The notes under the pieces were generated by a model that made no database searches, had not been told where the DNA came from, and saw nothing but the letters and a program-made list of their open reading frames with translations. Of a DNA stretch of 64,000 nucleotides, positions 58,621 through 64,000 are shown piece after piece. The first letter of the stretch is position 1. The number at the start of each line of letters is the position of its first letter. The stretch covers positions 101,928,001-101,992,000 of the forward strand of contig OX597815.1 in assembly GCA_951406725.2 (NCBI GenBank), read 5' to 3'. The stretch is from Octopus vulgaris (taxonomy: Eukaryota). The position numbers were made by a program, and so were the translations under genes.

Positions 58621-60091
58621 TCATTATCATCATCATCAACAACAACGGCAAATTTTACCTTTTAGACACCTCTTTTCACGAAGTGAGGTATCTTCTGTTA
58701 TTCGCCACCGAATGACGGTTGGATAACAGAAACTGAAAATTCGAATTTTTGTTTAATTCATTCTATTAAGTTTGAAGTGGTTCTTACATTGATTCGCCGC
58801 CCCTATACCCTATTGTGGTCATTTTCAATGACATAATATGTGATGCACTCTCAACAATTAACTGCATCTCCTTTCTCTCCTTTGTACCAATGCATGAGAG
58901 ACCCCCTGCACTATTTGACATTGTTTGCGTGAACGACACTTTTAAAAACCAACTGAACGGCAAGTTTCAGCCTTAGAATAGTGCAATGACAGTAAGGGGG
59001 TGTTGTTGTTGGTGTTAGGAATGGTAGTGGAAGGAGATGGGAGCATAACGAAAGAAGAAATGTGCGTGTGTGTATGTATGTCTGCTTATGTGTGTATGAA
59101 TGTGTATATGTGTGTATACGTATGTGTGTGTGCATGTTCATCATCTTCAGTATTTTTCCGACTGTTTCTTTCTTGTAATTCTGTTGTGTGCCGTGTTTAA
59201 CATTGTTTACCTTGTTCCTTCCTTTAAGACACACACACACACGCGCACACACACATGCAACACACAAACACATGCAACACACACGCACAACGCACACACA
59301 TACATGCATATATATATGTATATATATATATGTATATATGTCTGTATATATACATACATACATACATACATACATACATACATACATACATACATACATA
59401 CATGCATACATGCATACATACATATATAAGTACATATGAATTCTGCCTTTACAAGAAGAAAGTTGACAGTGACGTCGAAGTTTCGGCCTATCCGAAGACG
59501 AATTTAATCTCTGGTCTATGACTATATGCTGATTTTAATTCGTAATTTAATTTACTTTCGCATGTGCAGTATCATGGCGCATCATCAAATAGTTTTCAAG
59601 CTATTTGTATGTAGCCTTTCGATCCAAGTACGTGGTATTGTTAAACCACAATAATGGCGAAATATCGATATCTACCACATGTGGATTCGATCCGAGGCGA
59701 GTTATCTCGGCTTGTCTGAGACATTCAAGTGTTTTAACACCCAGCATTATTAGGGAGTTTTTCCTAAACGCTAGGACGCAGCAAATACGGCGAATAAATA
59801 AAACATACATTGTGTATGTGTGATCGATAATGCTTACATTACTAGAGCTGCTTTAAATCCGTAATTATATATATATACATGGAATGTTCTCTTAGAGAAC
59901 ATTCTTTTCTTTGTGGGTAGATCGTAGGTGATCTACTTCTAGCATATTGGATGTCCACTTAGTGGTCAACTCTTCTTATACGCAAGTAATACAACTTTTC
60001 TGAATTTTCAGATTTTTCCTATATGCTAGGCTACTGGTTTTAAATTGTTGTTAATTAAATTAATATTCAATTTATCACCCTCACTATTTAA

Positions 60092-60164
<73 letters not shown>

Positions 60165-61979
60165 GGAATCTCCCGTCGAAAACGACGTCTGAGTGTTTAG
60201 CTTTTGCAGAATAACCTGTAGAAATGATTTATTTATTGCCATCAGATGTATATGCTGTACATTAGCTCACTCCCTCCATGAAATCGGCTTGGCTTCTACT
60301 GATACACAAGTGTGACACACGTCAGATGTCGAAATGATCACAGAGTAACGTGAAATGAGGTGCTTTACAAAAAAACACAACGCGCTGCCCAGTCCTGCAA
60401 TCGAACCCATGCTCTAGCGATCGTGAGTGCAATACTTTAACCACTAGGTCGGTTCGTTGGCTTCAGAGGAGCTCTCCCCAAACGTAATAAATGTATGATC
60501 GAAAAACTATGGCTGGAACGGCGTCTTCGAACATAGGTCTCTTCAAATATGTCTGAACTGGGAACCAAACACTACCAGCTACAATCGAGGGGGCATCTCC
60601 GTTTTTGTCGATTTGCTAGGAGTGGCAATCACTTCTTCCTTTTCCCACATCCGACCATCTTATGTATGAAAATATTGCATGAAATGAAATAGTGTTATAT
60701 GCTCCTAAGAATATAGGATTGTGGTCACTGGAATACCTTTGTAGAACTTGGGGTTAAAAGATATTATAAAAAATACAATATCTAGACGGTGGAATACAAA
60801 AATAGTTAGAGCGATAGAAAAATGCATCTTGGTTTTTAGTTACACCTCATAACATTCTGGGTTCAAATCTCGCCGAGTTTATCTCATTTTTCCTTCAAGG
60901 ATCGATAAAATAAAGAACTAGGATCAATTTAATCGATTAATACCCTTCTACCAAATTTGTGGCTTTGTTTCGTTGTTAAAAATTATTTTTATGCAACAAG
61001 GCCAGTGGCTTGGCCGAATCGCTAGAACATCAGATAAAATGCCTTGCGTAATTTTCGAGCTCATGTTCTTAGTTCAAATGCCGCCGATGTCAATATTAGA
61101 TCTCATGCCTCCATCGGCAGTAACAGCGACAGCTTCAGAATAGTACAACAGCTGTAACAAGAGCAACAACAATCCTAACGGCAACTAAAACAAATGCAAC
61201 ATTCGAAGGGTACATTTTTGTATCTGCTCAATCACGCCTAACCGTTTTTAACAATATAGAAATGAGAAGATAAGACTCGTAGGTTAATTTACTCCTGGAT
61301 ATACAGAAAGACAGGATGGTCATGGCTGTCAAGTCTTTGATGATATGCCCACTAGATCGAGGCTGACCTGGAACTAAGCAACAGCAAAATTAAAATCAGC
61401 AGCGGCAACAAAAACAAAAATAACAGAGTCAATAGCAACTTGAATAACATTAATAACAAAAATAATTGCAATAACAAAAAAGATATTAACACCACTGCCC
61501 CCAACGACAATGCAAAAAAAAAAACTGAAGCAATAAGTATTACAAAACTGCCCATTTATACAACACACTTCAAATCTTAAGTGTGCTGGGGAGTTTAATC
61601 AACAGAATTCAGTAAGCAGTCTTTCTCTCGAACGTCTGCAGGTCTGTAATTCTCACATTACAATTTTCTGTTTCACTCTCACCTTTAGTAACCCCACCTC
61701 TCTTTCTCTCTCTCTCTCTCTCTCTGTGCCTACCTACCTACCTACCTACCTACCTACCTCTCTACCTACCCACTTACCTTACACCTTACAACAAAAACAC
61801 ACCAACTTTCAAGAGAGGGGATCAAGAACATGCGGGACAACTCACTGTGTAGACGTGATGTGCAACCCTATATATAACTGGCTTCTATGTGCAGCAGTCC
61901 TGTAGTACCATATGCGTAGCAGGTGTGATATGTAACTGTGTTAAACTGAAAGTACTGGTGTGTAATTCTAGGACGAAAT

Positions 61980-62800
61980 CTCAATGAGTGACTTATTTTC
62001 AGGACTAAATAATTATTGACACTCTGTAAAGTCCAGGCGATGCCCACAATGAAGCATTGATTCTACACCTACAGCAGTACTGATGCTGCAGACTCAGATA
62101 TCCCAGACTGCAGACTCAGATATCCCAGACTGCAGACTCAGATATTCCAGACTGCTGACTCAGATATTCCAGAATGCAGACTCAGATATCCCAGACTGCA
62201 GACTCAGATATTCCAGACTGCTGACTCAGATATCCCAGACTGCAGACTCAGATATCCCAGACTGCTGACTCAGATATTCCAGATAGCTGACTCAGATATC
62301 CCAGACTGCAGACTCAGATATCCCAGACTGCTGACTCAGATATCCCAGACTGCAGACTCAGATATCCCAGACTGCAGACTCAGATATCCCAGACTGCAGA
62401 CTCAGATATCCCAGACTGCAGACTCAGATATCCCAGGCTGCAAACTCAGATATCCCAGGCTACATGCCTGATTCAAAAACAGTTTCTTAATGACATACTC
62501 CATCTTCTGGCCCGCAGGCGCACCGTCCTATCGCTTTGCTTGTTCTACCACTACTATAATAGTCAGTCTCTACTCTTAGGAGCTTGAGTTCAAGCCAACT
62601 CCTCTCAGCATTTCTGACCTAGTTGTTTCACCTATTCATGTCACCTTTGTTTTGTTAATATCATTTCGCAGAAATCGTACAATCAACCACTCCCAAATCA
62701 TCCTTCCGAGAACGCGCTCCTTCTAGAATTCCCTCCCAGCTCATGTGTTTTGCACAGGGCTTGACTTGCTATGGTTCAAGAGGGACGTGAATGCCTTCAT
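61980..62800 (+). mobile_element. LINE ORF2 3' remnant interrupted by a minisatellite
   Basis: LCKVQAMPTMKH (cf. LYKAQVRPTMEY) before the array. After it: LARRRTVLSLCLFYHYYN and LPRTRSF*NSLPAHVF...FKRDVN (cf. FPRT..LWNSLP). Confidence 0.7.
62091..62464 (+). repeat. 22-bp minisatellite, 17 units (GACTCAGATATCCCAGACTGCA)
   Basis: Directly counted head-to-tail units without spacers. Variants are TCCC/TTCC and terminal GCA/GCT. Confidence 0.97.
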
Positions 62801-62930
62801 TGTCACATATCTGTGAGGTGGCGATTACTATGGTTACTATCACTTTCTTCAGGTACAGCAATACGCACACTTACACACACACACACATACACGTGAGCGT
62901 ATAATATATTGTATATATATATATACATAT

Positions 62931-63238
<308 letters not shown>

Positions 63239-63246
63239 GATCGGAA

Positions 63247-63286
<40 letters not shown>

Positions 63287-63378
63287 AATCATAATTATTA
63301 CGTCTTAGAGGTTTTTATTCCCATGCTGGCCACTTGATGAGTTCGATATATAAATAACGATCCTTATTTATATAAATT

Positions 63379-63403
<25 letters not shown>

Positions 63404-63411
<8 letters not shown>

Positions 63412-63661
63412 GAATGTTTCTATATTCATATGAATGCGCGCGTATGTTAGTCTATATATAATAAGTGTAGGTGGTATACGCGTGGGTATATATTTACAAA
63501 AAAGAAGTTTGAAAACGCCACTATATAAGATAAATTTTTAATTTCTTAGAAATTTTACGTTTCAGTTCTCTCTCTCTCTCTCTCTCTGTATATATATATA
63601 TATATATATACATAAAAACGCGCGCGCGCATTCATATGAATATAGAAACATTCATGTGTGT
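63404..63661. repeat. perfect 39-bp inverted repeat with ~180-bp spacer
   Basis: ACACACATGAATGTTTCTATATTCATATGAATGCGCGCG (63404-63442) and its exact reverse complement (63623-63661). Confidence 0.9.
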
Positions 63662-64000
63662 CTATACATACACACACATATATAGCATACATACATGTAT
63701 ATCTGCGTGATCATGCATACATGCATACATACATACATACATACATACATACATACATACATACATACATAACTTTCTCGTATTCATACATACCTGCATA
63801 CATTTATAATACACGAAAGCATACGGACTGATATAAATATAAAAAATTATAAATGATACGTAGATGTATGCAAAACAAGCAAACAGATAGACAGACGTGT
63901 GTATATATATATATATATATTAATACTTTATCTAGTTCGGCTTAACAGCCCTTCTTGTCTTGTTATTCTCCTTGTCCTGTCTTTTACTGTTTATATTTTG

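Noticed and set aside
59461-59500. GGCCGAAAC...GTC on the - strand
   Set aside because: No upstream CUGANGA box.
62091-62464. CRISPR array or repeat-protein ORF (62083-62268)
   Set aside because: There are no spacers or cas genes, and a 22-bp unit is not a multiple of 3, so it cycles frames and hits stops.

Overview
AT-rich, microsatellite-saturated animal DNA. The tRNA-derived SINE families look like those of octopus/coleoid cephalopods (recognised from memory, not searched). Almost every ORF in the supplied track is a translated microsatellite. One protein-coding gene can be assembled by eye on the - strand from three small GT-AG exons (18313-18134, 16207-16132, 7604-7495). They splice in frame into a 121-aa helix-loop-helix protein with no canonical basic region (Id/Emc-like, group D), and there are candidate upstream non-coding exons out to about 42.6 kb. 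The rest is mobile DNA: three SINE families, LINE remnants (RT and APE), a decayed Penelope GIY-YIG remnant, a ~210-bp (TA)n-embedded repeat carrying a Penelope-type minimal hammerhead ribozyme motif (3 copies), mariner and pogo-like MITEs, a non-autonomous Helitron, several long fold-back elements, and a 22-bp minisatellite lying inside a LINE ORF. No tools were used, so repeat edges are approximate.
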